Assembly: GCA_965202585.1 (NCBI GenBank)
Contig: OZ241828.1
Span: forward strand, 27,838,001 to 27,902,000
DNA: 64,000 nt
Direction of reading: 5' to 3'
DNA from: Thalia democratica
Lineage: Eukaryota
The notes under the pieces are model-generated. The model ran no database searches. It was given only the letters and a program-made list of their open reading frames with translations, and was not told where the DNA came from. The position numbers and the translations under genes are program-made. Below are positions 62,700 to 64,000 of the stretch, piece after piece; the first letter of the stretch is position 1; each line of letters starts with the position of its first letter.

Positions 62700-64000
62700 T
62701 TTCATTTTAAATTTATTTAAGTACTTTCAAATAGGCCTCGTCAGAAATTGTTTCCTATTGAATTTGAATGAATACAAATTGAAATAAAATTATACTGAAG
62801 TTTAAAGTTTTAAGATATAAAATGACGTAATAATCAAAAGTTAAAATTAAGTAAGTGCTAATGTTAAACAAATTTGGTATACTAATAAAACTCGGTAGAA
62901 CTAAAACAATCTAAATAAAAAGCGAAAAAAATTTTAAATTAAAACTATGCTTAAAAATAAAGTTAAACAAGAAACTAATTACGTTAAAATTACTAATATA
63001 AGGATTTAAAAAGTCTAGTTTGGTAAACAAACTTTTTCTGCTTGCATAAACTGGGCTTTAAAGATTGAATACATAAAGCTTCCAGAATATGCAATTGGAA
63101 AGAGTTCTCCGCTCTCACTAAGACTGAAAAATTGTCCTTTTTATAATTTTTAACACACTCAGGATTGTCCAACAAATGCTGCCCAATCGCCGAGAAGTAT
63201 TTTTTAGTTGGTTTCTCAGAACGGCCATCAAACCACTTTTTCAAAACTTTCGGAACATGTTGATCGATTCTTACATGAAACCTTTGAGATGTTTTTCCCA
63301 CGTAGTCACTACCACAGTGACAACTAAATTTATAGATGATGTTACTTTTTTCATGGGTGGGAGAAACATCTTTGTAAATTCCACTCAGAGGTCGATCAGT
63401 ATACAAAACTGTTCTTAAATGAACAGAGCTGAAAACTTGGCTTATTTCCTCAGAAATTTTCTTAGAAACCTCTCAGAAATATTTCCAAGGTAAGGAAGTT
63501 TTAAGTATACTGGACACTTCTGAGGGCCAATCATTTTTAAAGCTGTTGAACTTCTAGCTCTTGTTATAACTTTCGAAACTAAGTTACCTGGATAACCAAG
63601 CGAAAGGAAAGTGTTTTGAAGTGTTTTCAACTCGCCTTCAAGAAAGCAAGGAGAACAAAGTCTGGTGAAACGCTTCACCATACCCGTTAAAACTCCTAAC
63701 TTCTGCTTGACTGGACCAAAAGATGCCCACGGAACATATAATGCTTCTGAATTTAATTTACGATGAATTTTTGTTAAAAGTTCCCCCTCAACTGATCGTT
63801 GGACACAAACATCTAAAAAGTTTAACGAGTTGTTGTGTTCTTCTTCTTTTGTAAAACTGAGATTTTTGTGAAGATTATTAAGATCATTAAGAAAACTGGA
63901 GCTCTCTTGTCTATTTTCAAACATAACAAAAGTGTCATCTACGTATCGAAGATACATGAGAGGACTTTTACAGTTCAAAAATAACTTACTTTCTAGGTAA
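62700..64000 (-). mobile_element. Penelope/Poseidon-type retroelement (RT plus GIY-YIG), runs off the window end
   Basis: YLRYVDDTF RT motif (63442-63978) and IIYKFSCHCGSDYVGKTSQRFHVRIDQH...LEALCI endonuclease (62993-63406). One frameshift between the two ORFs. Confidence 0.93.
62715..62752 (-). ncRNA. Degenerate hammerhead-ribozyme-like core in the Penelope-like 3' region
   Basis: Minus strand TTTCTGACGAGGCCTATTTGAAAGTACTTAAATAAA: CUGACGA and GAAA boxes are present but the 3' strand of stem II is missing. Confidence 0.4.

Overview
AT-rich (visually about 3/4 A+T), intron-containing eukaryotic DNA, very probably an invertebrate animal. The repeat inventory (CR1-group LINE, Penelope-like elements, hAT/pogo/MULE MITEs) is what one expects in a cnidarian or ascidian, but the species cannot be determined from this window. 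Content: (1) 0-20 kb: two intact, intronless paralogues of an unrecognised Ser/Asp-rich protein (511 and 554 aa) plus a truncated third start, inside a ~12-14 kb duplication that also carries tRNA-Arg(CCT) copies (one intact, one damaged, two fragments). (2) 21-23 kb: a decayed Penelope-like retroelement split by a MITE. (3) 25.4-32.6 kb: a five-exon, 346-aa NERD-domain (PD-(D/E)xK-like nuclease) gene assembled by hand with consistent intron phases; the ORF track shows only fragments of it. (4) 35.8-37.1 kb: a 5'-truncated CR1-group LINE. (5) 38.8-61.4 kb: a tandem array of decayed DNA transposons with nested MITEs and matching empty sites. (6) 61.6-64 kb: a Tigger/pogo deletion derivative and a second Penelope-like element. 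The most unusual signal is at the NERD gene. Most of its exon boundaries are flanked, on the intron side, by 2-5 degenerate tandem copies of that same splice site plus the adjoining 25-60 nt of exon ('exon-edge echoes'). Several echoes differ from the live exon largely by synonymous changes. All alignments and translations were done by eye; no database search was run.
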